A DNA stretch of 64,000 bases from Anthoceros angustus (taxonomy: Eukaryota; Plantae; Anthocerotophyta). The notes below the pieces were generated by a model. It made no database searches. It saw only the letters and a list, made by a program, of their open reading frames with translations, and was not told the DNA's origin. Location: contig VJWM01000025.1 of assembly GCA_010909165.1 (NCBI GenBank), positions 744,001 through 808,000 of the forward strand, read 5' to 3'. This document shows, in pieces, positions 11,601-26,010 of this stretch. Position numbers and translations under genes: made by a program. Each line of letters begins with the position of its first letter. Within the stretch, counting starts at the first letter, position 1.

Positions 11601-14538
11601 ACGCGCAGATTGCCAATTTGATTACACAGGGATGGAGTAAACCAGAAATGTACACACTAAAATTTTTTGGCCTGCTGACACGTTGCCCAAAGAAGAGCTC
11701 ACCTTCAGAGTGTCCCAAGCTTCAGCATATGCATCTGGAGCCTGCACGGTACACATGAAGGTAAAATAAGATCAAGCAAATCCTATCATTTTAGAGCTAC
11801 TGTGGAGGTTCTGCTCATGGGACCAACCGTTTCTCTCGTTTCTTCCTCCAAATTAGTAGCCAGAACCCACTTAAGCACCAATTTCCTGGAGCATGCAATA
11901 GATGCATGCAAGAGGGCCTGCACGAATAACAAGATCAAGGTTCCGCTGATGGATGAAGCACATGCCACCATAGAATGCTCGCATAAACACGTCAAGCCCT
12001 TTTGTGTATAATACCTTGATAACAGACAAATAGGAGTCTGCAAGACCTGTATACTTGCCAACCATAGCAATGGTGACAGGGGTTGAAAGCTTGTCAAAAG
12101 CATCTGCCCTGTTGGTCCAGTCATCCAACAGAGGGTGGTGAACGACACTGCACAGACATATCACCCATAATGAAACTGCATAAGAATGAGACGGAACAAT
12201 ATACGCTTCACTTTGGAAAACAAAGTAAGGATAGCTAGTATGAGGTCCCAAGCACTGGGGGCTTCAGGACACCAAAGCAGATTAATTCAAGCAGATAGAC
12301 ATACGTCAATTTTAGCTGCTGCAGGATTGCTACATGTGCCTTTTGATCCTGCATATAAAACAAGAAGAGACCCACAAGCTCAGTACTTCAAAGCAGTTAA
12401 CCACCGCACCCTGACTCTCAAGCTCTACAATTCTGTCGGCATGATATCATCAAGAACTATCTGCTTGAAATTTTGTTGAGACCAACCTTCAGCAGTAAGG
12501 GGATGTGCCAAATATTAGACACGTCATGAATGTTCACTATATTGCTAGCCTGTTCCAAATATCACAGCAAAATTGAGTCAGCTACAGTTCTGAAGAAGTT
12601 CACTCATGACAGATGAAGTACTCTTAAAGCTGAAGCCCTCGTTGGCACTTACTGAAACATGACAAAACATGGAGAGCTTCTCCTTTGTTGATTGCTCCAG
12701 GGGCTGAAAGCAACACAAGGATATATCAGAGGGAGCCCGAGAAAACATCCAGCAGAGAATAACTCGGAGCAGTTTGTTCACTCACTTGGGCACTCCTGCA
12801 TGCCAGGAGGTGCGGAGGAAGACCTAACGCTCTGAGGTCTCTGACACTGTGCTGCGTTGGTTTGGTTTTCTGCATTTGCCCAGATTATAAATCAGTGCAT
12901 ACATCTAACTTCCTGTGGCTACGTGAAATAAACTGCAGAGCAATTGGCATACCTGTTCCCCAACCACATTAATGACAGGGATCAAGCTCACATGCACTAC
13001 GCAGAAATTATCCTGGCCTGCAAAGCGACGATGTCAAAATGGACCTTCCAACCTCATGATGAGATGACAGTTGAGATGTTAACAAGAATGAGAAACTTGT
13101 GATTAGCCAACAGCTGCCAGCAATCAGTCAACTCACCCACTCGAAGCTGCAACTGCCGGAGTGCCTCAATAAAAGGGCCTGACTCAATATCTCCTGCAAA
13201 ACATGTAACAAAGACAAATTGGTATCTGTAATGAAAAAAGGTAAGGACAAACAATCTCTCCACGGTACTCGACAGACAGTAGAAAGCCTTTGTGGTAGAG
13301 CAAAGAGCCTTCTCGAGGGATGGAGAAGGGTAATACCAACAGTGCCGCCAAGTTCGATCACACAAACATCTGCAGGACCTTCCTTTCCATCAACCGGGAT
13401 TCTTGCAACACGCTCTATCGAATCCTGGATTTCATCTGTCACATGTGGAACGACCTGTTGCAAAAGTACGAGGGCACATTAGAAAGCTGTGACGTGAATA
13501 ACGAGGAATCCTGCCTGGGTTCAAATTCTCAGATCCAACAAGCTCACCTGTACGGTCTTCCCCAGGTAATCACCTCGGCGTTCTTTGTCAATGACCGCCT
13601 GTACGCAGAAAAAAAGTGTACATGTAGCAGACCGAGTCACAGAGAGAGAGGCCCAGATGCATCATTTGGCACGGCAAGTTCCAGAAAGCCAAGAGATGAC
13701 CAACCTGGTAGACTTTCCCAGTAGTTATGTTGTTGTCCTTCGTCAGGGTGATGTTGAGGAAGCGTTCATAGTTCCCGAGGTCCAGATCCACCTAGCCAAT
13801 GTTTTGGACATGGTCAATTACAACTCAAAACCGCCAGGAACACAATGCCTAGCAAAATAAGGTGTCCTGGCGACCTCCTGGGTGAGAAGAGCTACCTCGC
13901 CGCCGTCGTTGAGAACATAAACTTCCCCATGTTCGTACGGTGACATGGTTCCTGCATCGCTGTTGATATACGGGTCTGCGCAACAAACACTTAAGCAACA
14001 TCAGCGCCCACCTCAAGAGACAATCGCCAGAAGGCACTAAAGACGCGCCACGAGAGGGATTCCGACTCCCGGCCTCAACACCGACAAAATGGATCATCCC
14101 CGAGCCTACAAAAGGACCCAATTGGCCCAAGCCTGTAGAGGAAAAGCAGCCCCGATTGGGCGCCCTCCCGATTCCAAGCCCAACACGCAGCACCCAGCAG
14201 CCAGCAGCGACAAGGTAAAGACGCCAGCTCAAACACCCAGCAGAAAAGTCAGGCACTTGAGCTGCTCGCACCCAATTCCCAATTACAAGCCACAAACACA
14301 AGACAAGCACAAAGAGAAGCCCCGCATTGTACAGATCCCACCCAAATTGACACCACAGGAGAGCAAGGCCGGGGAGCGGGGCCCAAGATGGAGGCTGCTG
14401 CACGCAAGAGGAGAGCCCACCTATTTTAATGGACGTGACGCGGTAGCCGCATGCCTGCAGCACAGCTCCCAGGCTGCTGGCTGTGACGCCCTTGCCGAGC
14501 CCGCTCACCACCCCGCCTGTAACCAGCACATATTTCAT
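8646..14538 (-). CDS. CTPS: CTP synthase, many exons, with ~580-aa repetitive C-terminal extension
   Basis: Motifs [101 protein letters not shown] and [15 protein letters not shown]. Last exon 10411-8646 is open throughout. Confidence 0.97.
9490..10260 (-). repeat. Coding 18-bp tandem repeat (KENGH/KENGL hexapeptides) inside the CTPS last exon
   Basis: Plus-strand units such as CATGCCCGTTCTCCTTGG and ACAAGCCCATTCTCCTTG repeat with 18-bp period, varying mainly at codon-compatible positions. Confidence 0.95.
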
Positions 14539-15212
14539 TCTGACGGGCTGAGGCTGCGGCTGGGATGGCCCAGGCCCCGGCAGGAAGGAGGCGAATTGGG
14601 AAGGGGCAGGAGAGGGAAAGCGGCAGGGGCAGGGGAGGCAGGCAGGCAGGCAGGGAGGCAGGCAGACGCAACTGCTCCTAGCCAGGCCGCCGCACACACA
14701 ACATCTAGGCTGGGGGAAGAGAGCAGGCAGGCAAGGCGCAGCTATAAATAGGCCTGGCAGGCTCCTCGGGGAGTCCAAACAGAGGCATCCAACGCCGATC
14801 TGCTGGTGCTGGGCTGCTGCTGCTGGGCTGCTGCGCACTCGCTCGCTCGCTCTCACTCGCTCGCTCTTCACTGCTGCTGGAGCCTGGATGCGGAGCGGGA
14901 GAGAGAGGCCGGGCCTTGCACCTCTTTGAAGGCTCCTGGTGGGTGCTGGACGGACGGATTCGAACAGGGAGGCGACGGCAGCGCCGAGGAGCGCAACGCA
15001 GGCCTGGCGCAGCAGCGCAGCTCAGCGCGTCCAGCAGAGCAGTCAGTCTGAGGCGGAGGCAGCAAAAGCAGACAGCGCCCAGAAAATGGAAAGAGTGCGG
15101 TGGCCTGGGCAGCCGGGCAGGCACACACAGCGTGCACGGCCCCTCGGGAGCCGAGAAGCGACTGGCTGGCTGGCTTCGGCTGGCCTCTCTCGCCTGGCCC
15201 TGGCCTTGGCGA

Positions 15213-15298
15213 GAGGCGAGGCGAGGCGAGGCGAGGAGAGGCGAGGCGAAGCGAGTCGAGTCGAGTCGAGTCGAGTCGAGTCGAGTCGAGTCGAGTCG
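15213..15298. repeat. Compound pentanucleotide microsatellite (GAGGC)n(GAGTC)n upstream of CTPS
   Basis: Directly visible GAGGC run followed by about 9 TCGAG units. Confidence 0.95.
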
Positions 15299-17027
15299 TC
15301 TCGATCGATCGCCGATCGAGTGGCGAGTGACGAACGGGCCTGGGAAAGCGCGGGAAGAAAGAAGCAGCAGCCAGAGCCAGCTCCGGCGACGAACGGAAAG
15401 GCCGTAACGGAACGGACGACGGCCAAAGCTGCACGGGGTCACGGAAGGCATGTGCCACGGTGATGATTGACGGGATAACGATGGAGTCAGAAGGTTGTTG
15501 GGGAGAAGGCCCGGCCCTGCCGCCTGGGCCCTGGGTGTCAGCTCACCAGGCCAAGGACATTGCGCTGATGCAACCCAACGTGGACATGTACCGTCTTATT
15601 CCTTTCGAATCCTATCGAATGGAACATTATATTGGAAAAGAATGGAATGGAATTTCACTTCTTTTTTCCCTCCTCACCCTCAGCTAATTAATTCTATTTC
15701 TTCCATCTTTTTCTCTTTTTCCTTCCCCTTCCCCTTCCCCTTCCCCTCCCCTTCTCCCTCCCTTGGACCAGCACCCACTTTACTCTTCACTTCACTATTG
15801 GACTAGTGCCCACTTTACTTTTCTTTCCCACCACCGGGCTTAGAAGGAATCCAGAGAATCCTTGCTATGCAACAAAATATTCGTCCCTCCCCCTTTTTCT
15901 TCTACCCGCTCTACTCTCTCTCTCTATGTACATTGATCAGTACTTTTATGACTTGGTGTAGTACCGGTTCGTGTCATATATTGTACTATAGCGGCTAGCT
16001 TCTCTGAACATAGACTACCTACAAGGTGGAGTATATATTATTTTAGTACATGAACAGCCATATTGAACCCAGGAGGAAGAATATTAGGGAACACTCACTT
16101 ATTCGGACGTGTCCTAGAGAATAAAACCTCACTTCGAAAATGTCCTAGAGATCAACTTTAAACGCCGCAACAAAATGCAATTACAGTTATTCTTGTGGGG
16201 TGTATTTTAGTGGGGATAGACAAGGATTTTTTGTGAGGTGGCCAGAGACATGCCCCACTTCCCGTTTTCCTCTCTTATTGGAGTGTCTAAGTCCTTGGGG
16301 GAGAGGGTAAATAAGACAAATTATTTGAATCTAATTTCTCTTTGATATCAATGCATGCAACACATGTTGGAGACAAAAATCCATCTTATCCTTAACAAAA
16401 TTGGTAAACTTATGTCTAGTCAACTATAATTAAAACTTTATTAGCTACTTGTTGGAGATAACAATATTCCATAGTGTGTCTTTTGTTTGTTATTCAGTAG
16501 TAGTACTGTAGGTATCACCGAAATTAGTGCTTTGTGTTGACTTTATGTACCCTATCAAGATATTAATGTATGATCCCATAAATGCTGGAGTATATTTGTC
16601 TGTCTATGTTGTATGTGTTGTTCTTTCTCCTACCACTAGTTTTCTCACATTGTCTAGTAATATGTTGCAATTTGCTGTGGATTGCTTCCTTGTGCCTAGG
16701 CCCTTGTCCAATAAAATAGGATAGATTCTTGAAAAATAGATGGAATCTTCAAGATTCTATTCATTTGTGTCCATGAGTAAGTGAGTAATAACCTTGTCAA
16801 TCTACGGACATGGTTGTGAAAGCTTATCATATGTAGTTTGTCATTCAAACCTAGTTAAAATTTGGGTCTATTTCTATAGGATTGTCAACTTCTCCCACAG
16901 CAATGGCATCTATGAGGGTGCTCTAAGAATAACTGTGATTCTTGAAAAAAACAATGTAAGGTGAAGTTACGTACCTCTCTTGTGAGGATTCTTTTAACAT
17001 AAGAATCTTTCTCTAATTGCTTCTTCA

Positions 17028-17125
17028 GAGGGACTTCACGTTTTAGAGGTTCAGGGACTTCGCGTTTTAGGGGTTCAGGGACTTTGCGTTTTAGGAGTTC
17101 AGGGACTTCGCGTTTCAGGGGTTCT
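17028..17125. repeat. 24-bp minisatellite, about 4 copies
   Basis: TTCAGGGACTTCGCGTTTTAGGGG variants; the minus strand reads REVPEPLK repeats. Confidence 0.85.
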
Positions 17126-17169
17126 CGTGGGGCTGGAGTACTTGGATGTAGCTTCGAGGTAGGACTTGA

Positions 17170-17800
17170 CCCACATTGGCAACCTTTCTCTTGTAGGGGA
17201 CCCACCAGTGGCGTTTGGTATCCTCTCTTCCTGCTTCACGCATAGCCAGGGGCACCTTTTTCGAATAGTGCCTTGCTCTCTGGCTTTTCTATCTAGCCCG
17301 AAGGACTTCGACTACCAAGTCATATGGGCTTCAAGCCTTCTCCATGAGAAGCAGTACGAGCAAGCGTAAAAGGCCTTACTTCTAGATTCTGCTCAACCCG
17401 CTCGAGCTTGCCTTCGCTCTTGTTCGGGGAAGGAAGCAGGTTCTTGGCTTATGGCCTGACCTTGTATCCAGACCATCCTATTTGCACCAGCTTCTAATTC
17501 TACCACAAATAGGTTTCGCCTGGGCTTGGTCCAACCTCTGGACTATTTTCTCATGACCTACGATTGTGGGGCCCCCCTTGACGATTTTGGGAACCACTTT
17601 GGTACACAGCCCATTGCTACACACAACGCAGCCCGAGACGTCATCTTTTCCATTGCTAGGGAGAGTGGATTTTTTCTTTTCAGGCAATACGTATATACTT
17701 TGCATAACGGTGGTTCTCTCAGGGCTGACCTATTTCTGACCCAGGGGGACCAGTCTCTATTGCATGTGTGGTTGCGCTACGGCCAAGATTCACAAGTACA
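17170..17800 (+). mobile_element. Degenerate non-LTR retrotransposon remnant (REL-endonuclease, CRE-like C-terminal region)
   Basis: Broken frames give GDPPVAFGILSSC..HLFRIVP and CGAPLDDFGNH..IATHNAARDVIFSIARESG..LRADL, resembling the zinc-knuckle, RH(N/D) and PD motifs of REL-type LINEs; similar to 56430-57575. Confidence 0.6.
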
Positions 17801-18932
17801 GCCCCATGTAGGAAGACCATGCTTTCATTTCTTTTGCTATTGAGACTCACGGGTGTAGAAGAGACTTCTCATCTCTGAATATTCATAAAGTCTCCACGTT
17901 CTCGTAACTAAATTTATCTCAAAAAAATATACTTAAAATATTTATTGTATGGATTAAGTTATCTCTAATTAATTTCATCATAAGAAAAAATATTATTATG
18001 ATGATAAGATAAGTGATGGATTAATAATTTAAACTAATTTTTTAAAAATATCATGGTGTTGAAAACATTGGGGTACAAAACTTAGAAATATTTTAATCAA
18101 TAAATATTCCAAAAGAAGATCCCTTTTATAAGTGCCACCTTGATATATTGATGACCTCAAGGTATAAAAGATGTCACGTTGTTTTTTCTTTTTTTTGGGG
18201 ATTCGTGTCTGAAGCCTTTTGCTGGTAGTACAAGTAGTTGACTTGGCTGAGAACGTTGAATTTACAGTACAAAACAAAAGTGCCAAGGTATTTGTGCAAC
18301 ACAAACATATAAAAATAAAAGAAAGAGAATAAAGAGGCTTTGTACCCACAAAAGTCAAAAGTATAGCTAACATAGTGTTTGTCAGAGATATTTGATTTTC
18401 AAGACGTGAGACTCGAGACGCATGATCAAATATAATCTCTTGATGCGTGGGCTACATGTGAAGAAGATGAAGAAGAAGGACGTCCAACACTGACTTCAAC
18501 TTTTTTGTATTCACTTGGAAAAAGTGATAATCTTGATGATCATTGATTGCAAGGATATGTCATGTCCTTCATCATTTGTATTTGCTGCAAGATATGAGAT
18601 ACCATATCATATTTTAGATTGGAGATGTATCATTCTATGAGATAGCATACCACATTTTAGATTAGAGATGTATCATTCTTTATGTGAACTGAAACCAAGA
18701 AGGACACTTTCATCAATTAGCTAGAATAGATGGTAGTTGATAAATGGACCAGTCAATGGCAAAATTATTTCATGATAAACTAATCAAGACTAAAAGCACA
18801 TACTCCATAAATTAAATCCCATCTTTATTGTATTCCCTAGGCCTTTTGCAATTCTTTTGGGCATTCAACCATATAGCAGCTAGAAGAGTGCATCGAAGAT
18901 TTTCTTCTCAACTATTATGTCTCTACTTGCCC

Positions 18933-21900
18933 ATGATGCGTACTATACGACCTCCAGAGTCCACACAGGCCACCACTCTTCTTGTAGTTTATCTTTCAAC
19001 TTCATGCGCTAAAATATCTCTTTCAGCTTTTCATTAGCATCATGAGTAAAGTTTTCCATTGCTGGTACATCATGTATGAACTCACAAATCGTTTTTGATT
19101 GCTTTATTCATTTTCTCTTGTTTCCATAAAATTTATCAGGTTGCAGTTAGATGCCGACCTTTGACAACTAAAGAACGTGCCAAAAGTCGGGATATTCTTC
19201 GTGTGGTTGATGATAAAGTGAGGTTCTTGTTTTCAAGATTGATAAAGCAGAAATCCTTATTATGAATAAAGTCTTGCTCATTCATTCATGAGGTTTATGA
19301 TTAGATCTTTTTGTTGGTTGATACATATACATATACCCTAGGTTGTGGTTGTACTAGATCCAGACGTCACAAAGGAATATCTTGATCGGGTTCAAAATAG
19401 AAGTAAAGAAAGAAAATATGCATTTGATGTAGCATTCGGTCCAGATGCAACAAATTATGTAAGTCTTTCTGTGTAGAATATTTTGATGTAATAATTTACA
19501 TCTAATTTTAATATCTAAATAAGTTCTTTCATAATATTTTAGTATGGAAATGTTTATTTTCTTCAAGAAAAATTGAGTGCATACTTTTTTCAATATAATA
19601 AGCCCTCTTATATCCATATTCTATTCCAGGATGTATATAAAAATACAATTAGTAATGTGGTTGAAGGGGTGGTACGAGGCCTCAATGCCACAATATTTGC
19701 TTATGGTGCTACAGGAAGGTAAATTATTTAATTTAATATAAAAATTAGTTTGAGTTATTTTTTCTTTTTTAACATTAAGATTCTATTGATTTTATTAGAT
19801 TATATAATTACCATCACAATGTTATTATTTTAAAATATTATTATCTTAAATACTATTATTTCAATGATATTTTATCAACTTTAGTGGCAAAACACATACA
19901 ATGGCGGGAACAACTAATGATCCTGGACTTATGGTCCAAAGTCTTCAAGCAATTTTTGCACTCATATCAAAAAAAGAAAGTGAACATGACTTTGAAGTTA
20001 CTTGTTCCTATCTTGAAGTATATAATGAGGTGTAAAATTTTTAAACATTTTTATGCCATCGATTGATTATATGACTTTGTGATTATCGATATTAACATTT
20101 GTTTGCATGTTGGTAGGTGATCTACGATTTGTTGGAAAAGTCATCAGGACATTTGGAGCTGAGAGAAGATCCAGATCAAGGCATTACCGTCGCTGGTTTG
20201 AAAAGAATTCAAGTACATGCCGATTTTCATATGCACTTACATGTATAAGATATACATATTGGTTAATTCAATGTGGTCATACATATTAGGTTAATACTGC
20301 AGAAAAAATCCTCGAGCTTTTGAATCAAGGAAATAATAGACGAAAGACAGAAAGTACGGACGCAAATGCTACGTCTTCTCGGTGCTTACTCTTCTTACCT
20401 CCCATGGAAGGTTTTATGTAGTAGCTAGAAGACAATCATTTGAAACTGTAGGCAAGTAGGTGAGAAAATATGCTACTGATGAGATCCCTGATGTGGTCGT
20501 AACAGGTCGCATGCCGTTCTTGAGATTATCGTGAAACGACAACAAAAAAATCAATATCAATCTCAAGTGCTTCGAGGAAAACTAGCATTAGTTGATCTCG
20601 CTGGCAGGTAGATAATCATTAACTTTTGAATATCCTCATTTGTTCATGTGCTTACTTTATGCTCTATGCGCAGTGAAAGAGCTTCAGAAACCAATAATGC
20701 TGGACAAAAACTTAGAGACGGTGCAAACATTAATCGCTCACTACTTGCACTTGCTACTTGCATTAATGTTCTTGGTAAACAACATAAAAAAGGATTAGCA
20801 TATGTGCCATATCGCAATAGGTATCATTTTATAGTGCTATAAGTTGCAATTTAAGGAAATTAATGCACAAAGTCATCGACAATAGAAGATTCTCTGATGT
20901 TAATCTGTTATCATGTATGCAGTAAATTGACCAGATTGCTTAAGGATGGTTTGAGCGGGAATTCGCGAACTGTAATGGTAGCTACTGTGTCATCTGGAGA
21001 TGATCAATACCATCATACAACCAACACGTTGAAGTATGCTGATAGAGCTAAGGAGATTAAAACACATATTCAGGTACCATCTCATCCGAGGAAAGGAAGT
21101 AAGTTGTCTTAGAATATTATCATGTTTGAAGACATGACTAGTGTTCTAATCGTAACATAAATAAACAAAATGTTTGAATTGCAACACGTAATTTGACAAA
21201 CTGTATGTACTTACAGAAGCAACAATATTTTAAACTATTTCCCGTTTATATATGCAGACTAATATTGGGACAGTAGATGCTCATGTTGCAGACTACCAAC
21301 GTATGATAGATAACCTCCAGGTATGATATATTGTTGCCCATGATAGCAATGTAGGCAGTACATAAGTTATGAGTTTCATTTTAGTAATTCGCCAAATCAT
21401 CACAATATAGGTGGAAGTTAGCCAATTACGAAGAGAGCTAGCTGATAGGGATACGCAACTGAGTGCCCGTACTCCAGACAATAAGTCAGTAGATGATGAG
21501 CTTTCATGGTTAGATGTATTGAGCCATGACATCAATGAAAATGTTGAGGAGAGAATCAATTTACAAAAGGCCTTGTTTGAGCTCGAAGACATGAACTTCC
21601 GTAATAAAATTGAATTCCAACAACTGGATGAATTTATTTCAAAGCAACAAGTAAGGTTTTTGGATTCATGTTTTCATCATTTTATTATGATCTTCAAAAG
21701 ACCTCACACTCATTTCAACATTACCATGTTATTGTGATATGTTCGGAAAACTTTTCCAGAATAATAGCACCAAAGAAAAAGAACTATTGCTAGAACGAAG
21801 ACAAGTTTTAGCTGAAAATATCCGCGAAAATGATGAGGCTGGTAGCCACTATCGGCAGGTCCGCAGATGTTTCTGAATTTGGTTGTACGTTTTATTGCGT

Positions 21901-23624
21901 CAAAGACGTGTAATAAGAAATTGAGATGGATTATCTTCAGGACATTGAGAATAATGAAGCTCAACGTAGAAACCTTCAGAAGATGATTGATGAAGTAATT
22001 GATAGTGATCGCACTAAAGTGACTTTCCTTCGTATTCTTAGTCAATATCGGTTGTTGGTAAGTTTCTCAAAATCATCAATATTTTTTTTATCAAAAAGTT
22101 TTCTTCACGATTGATACAGGAAAGAATCACACAATTCGACATTAATGTAATAGAATGAACATCAAGCAGGGAATGACAAATATGGAGCTACAGTTTCAAA
22201 TGGCTATCCGCGATCAAATAATCCATGATCAAAAAGAAGCCTTGAACAATTTGTGGCTTGTTTTAGAAAATTCAGGCTTAAACCATGAACAACTTCTTGC
22301 TATTGCATCGGAACATGGGATTGTCATAGAAGATAACATGACGGCATTACGTAGAAGTGGAAGCCAATGTACACCTCTCAGCATATCATCCACTATACCA
22401 AAGCACTCTTCCAATGTTGCGAGGTTCACCAATTTTGTCCAAATTCCTCTCAGTTGTAAATCTTCCCGAACTGTAGATTTCAATAGGGGAAGATTCGAAA
22501 CCTCACATATACATGACTCGGATGGACTAGATAAATATGAGAATGGAAAGGATGCTGCTTCAGTGGAAGAAAACGGAAAACATGAGGATAGCAATATATC
22601 TCTATCCAAAAGTTGCGATTGTTCTATGGGAAGCATCCAAGACAAAATATTGCGAGGCGATGTTTACTGTGTGAAAACAAAGAACTCTAAAATTCTAAAA
22701 TCTTGGAAAAACACACACCCACATATTATGACTTTCACACTGCAATCACATTTTAGTCCTAACAATGGTAATGAGAATAAGGAAACGCAGATACCACCAC
22801 AACAAGAAAGACGACCAAATTCTACCGAAAGTAGTCAAGATTGGAAGTGCTGGCAAAACAACATCAATAATTTTCACAATGTAGGAGACAACATTGTGCA
22901 TTCGGACGAATATTCCAACTCGAACTCTTATGTGAAAGAGAGTTTGGAAGGAGGAAGTGAGCTCTCACAAAGTGCTATAGATAATGAAGTTCTGAGAAGA
23001 GTGAGAGACCTTCTTCCCTCTATCCCTTGGGGAGTTGTGTGAATTGTCTATTGTGTGATGCGAAAGAGTATGTTTACCTTTCATTCTAAGATAGTGCAGG
23101 TTGCTCTGCCATGCCAGGAGTTGTGTGAATTGGATGATGAGCTTGAAGATATGGAGAGAGGAATTAGCATGGAGACGAATTTATCATGTGGTGACAACAA
23201 TAAGACGGCGTCATGTGTTGAAGAGAGCGAGTTCCAAATTCTCACCATGCCACTGCTGAGCGAGTGGAAGGAGATGCGTCATCAAAGCTTGATGGAGAGC
23301 ATGACAAGTTCCTTCTTCGGAGCCTTCCGGACACGCAACGGTGGCACCACGCCCGTGTCAAGCAATGACAAGAATCTTAACATGTACAGCACCAACAACA
23401 GCATCAGCAGCAGTAGGATAGACAGCGTCAGCATGATGAGGATGAACGAGAAGACGATATGCAAGAGCACCCGTAGCGATGGTGGAGCATCAAGGGATGC
23501 TCCGACCACGGAGTGCAACGACGGCAGTAAGGCCAAAGGCAAGGAACGGAGGAAGTCCAAGTTCGGTTTCGCAGCCGCGGCGGGGAGAGCTCGGCAGCTC
23601 ATGTGGCCAAGGGAGTGGAAATGA
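18933..23624 (+). CDS. KIN8B: Kinesin-8 motor protein (KIN8B-like), multi-exon
   Basis: Motifs [102 protein letters not shown] and [12 protein letters not shown], followed by coiled-coil exons. Confidence 0.93.
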
Positions 23625-26010
23625 GGCGCCCCGTGCACGCAGCGGCACGTGCAGACAGACGCAGGTGCAGGTGACGCGAGGAGGTGGAGAATCGACGCCG
23701 CGCGGGGAGCGCGAGGCTGGGCCAGGCATTGCGTGGACGGCAGCCTCCGGAGGAGCAGTGAAACTGTGCAGCTCGCCTTCTCCGTCTTTGACTGCCATGG
23801 GCATACAAACAGACACACGATGTGAAGGACTGCAGCTGATGAGTGGCCCATGGCACAGGCCTGACCGTCCTGTGGGCCACCCACGCTATCCGAACATGGC
23901 CGAGCTTTTCAGCATGTTTGTTTGTTTGTTTCCTTCCTTCCCTTTCTCGTCCTAGGGTTTGCTTTTCCTGGCAAGCAATCGCAGGCTGATGATCAGAGCC
24001 TAGCAAGCAAAGCGTGGTTATGATCCTATTTGGTGTTCCCTGCGCATCAGACATGACCAGGGCCAGGGCCAAGGCCAGGGCCAGGGCTCTCTCTTTTCAT
24101 GGCCGCCGCAGGAGGAAACAGAAGGAGCAGCTCAAGACAAAGCTGGCTGCAGTGCAGTGCAGTGCAGTGAGCAGTGCAGTTAACCTTCCTGCTGCCCCAG
24201 TGCAGTGTTCCAGATGATTCATGGACTTATCATGGCCTCCGTGCCTGCAGCTGCTGGGACCACAGTCGGGGGTGCAGTACAGCAGTAGCAGGTCACAGGC
24301 CCGTGTTTATGAGGTCGTAGACAATGAAATCCGTGAGGCCAGGGCCTGCAGGTGATTTTTACATACATATTCTGGTGTCTGCCTCGGGAGCTGTGCAGAT
24401 CCCTGGCTGATTTTGCGAATCTGAATCCTGGCTTAAGCAGCAGGACCAGTGGAAGTCGCCACGTGGCAGGGCGTCTGTCTCTCCGGCGCTACCTATGACG
24501 ACCACTATTGTTCTCGGTCTGTGGAGGCTGGCTCCATCAACGAGGAGGAACGGAATCCTGGAAGAAAGAGGGGGATGGGATGCAATCCGATGCCTCCTTG
24601 CAGCTTCTAGGGTTGCATGGGTCTCTTCAGGCAACGTTACGGACGTCAAGCATAGATGCAGCAGAAGCAGCAGCGACTGTATGTGCGTCATCAGGCCGGC
24701 TTTGTGGTGTCCTTGCCCATGCACCATGAATGAGGGCAATGACAATGAATTGATCCACTGCTGCAGGTCCCACCTCATCCCTCACGTGTTTGCCCTTTGC
24801 TCCTGAGAGGAGTGTGGTTGGCGAGCAGGACTGCAATGACGCCAGACACTATTTAATTTTGCTATGTGGCCTCTGCAGGCCTCTGTGCAACAAACAACAC
24901 ATGTACCTGCACAATACATACTGTATGTATGTGGAGAATGATGAGAGAGGCTGTGCATCGTGGGGAGGAGGGGTAAAAGTGACGACTGTAACTGCTGCTG
25001 CTGCTTCTGTGGAATGTGGATCACCTCATCGCCGAACACAGATGTGATGTGAGAGGGCCTTGAATGCCCATGTTACTCCGATCAAGGCGGGGAGCAGCGC
25101 CCAACGGTGTCTCTTGGTGGAGCCACATGATGGGGTACGTCAACATTGGCTGCGCAAAGCATGTGATGTGGATGCGGACCGAGATGAGCTCATATGTGGA
25201 CACCGTGCAACAGGAATCAGCAGGCTGGACAGGAGCAAATGAGCATCCAAGCAAGCATACAAGGGCTGGGGCCACGCCGGTTTTTCTTCCGGGGCTTTTT
25301 TGGACAACGCCACAAACATTCCTCGCTCCACCGCCCTCCTGGCGGTCTCGCCCACCATCCTCCGACTTCAGTGTGGCAAACGTGGAGGCTCATGGATGGA
25401 CTGTCCAAAGAAAGCGGCTAATCGGATCCCGAGGAAATGGCAAGCAGGCCACTTCTCGGAACCGGTAGTATGGTAGGTAGCTACATACGTGCAGCAAGCC
25501 AAGGACACAGTGAAGAGGGTGACAAACTGGCCGCTACATGTGAGAAGTTGGCCAAAACCTTTCACTGTTACCTAGATTCTGCTCTCTCGGCCAGCTCTCT
25601 GCAATTTGTACAACCGCGAACAAGGAAACAACAGCAGTTTGTGCGCACTCCCTTTTTTCTCTCAACTCTTTTGTCCTCATGTCACGAACAGTGGCAGGCT
25701 GGCAGCTACCGACTAGGAGATATCTAGGAACCCCACGCCCCCCAAAAACAAAAAGCCAACGGGGACACGGTCGGAGGGGAAGATTTTTTACAAATCGGCA
25801 CTAACCTGGTGGGTCTTAGCTTCTACAGAAATCGGTGGCCAAATGTTTTCATCACAAAGAAACACAAGGACAGGAACGGCTGAACGGCATTGGTTTTGCC
25901 TCAAACTGTGGCCTGACTGCAGGATGATCGGCTTGCAGCTGGCTGACTGGAATTTAGTGTTGTTACTGGTACAAAGGTAAATGCTTCTCAAAAAGAATTG
26001 AGGCTTCCAT

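Noticed and set aside
14705-15463. Several overlapping ORFs with RLDST/RVESS repeats
   Set aside because: Produced by a GC-rich 5' region and pentanucleotide microsatellites.
24300-25730. Possible gene or miRNA between kinesin and PADRE
   Set aside because: No recognisable domain, consistent exon chain or conserved miRNA sequence was seen.
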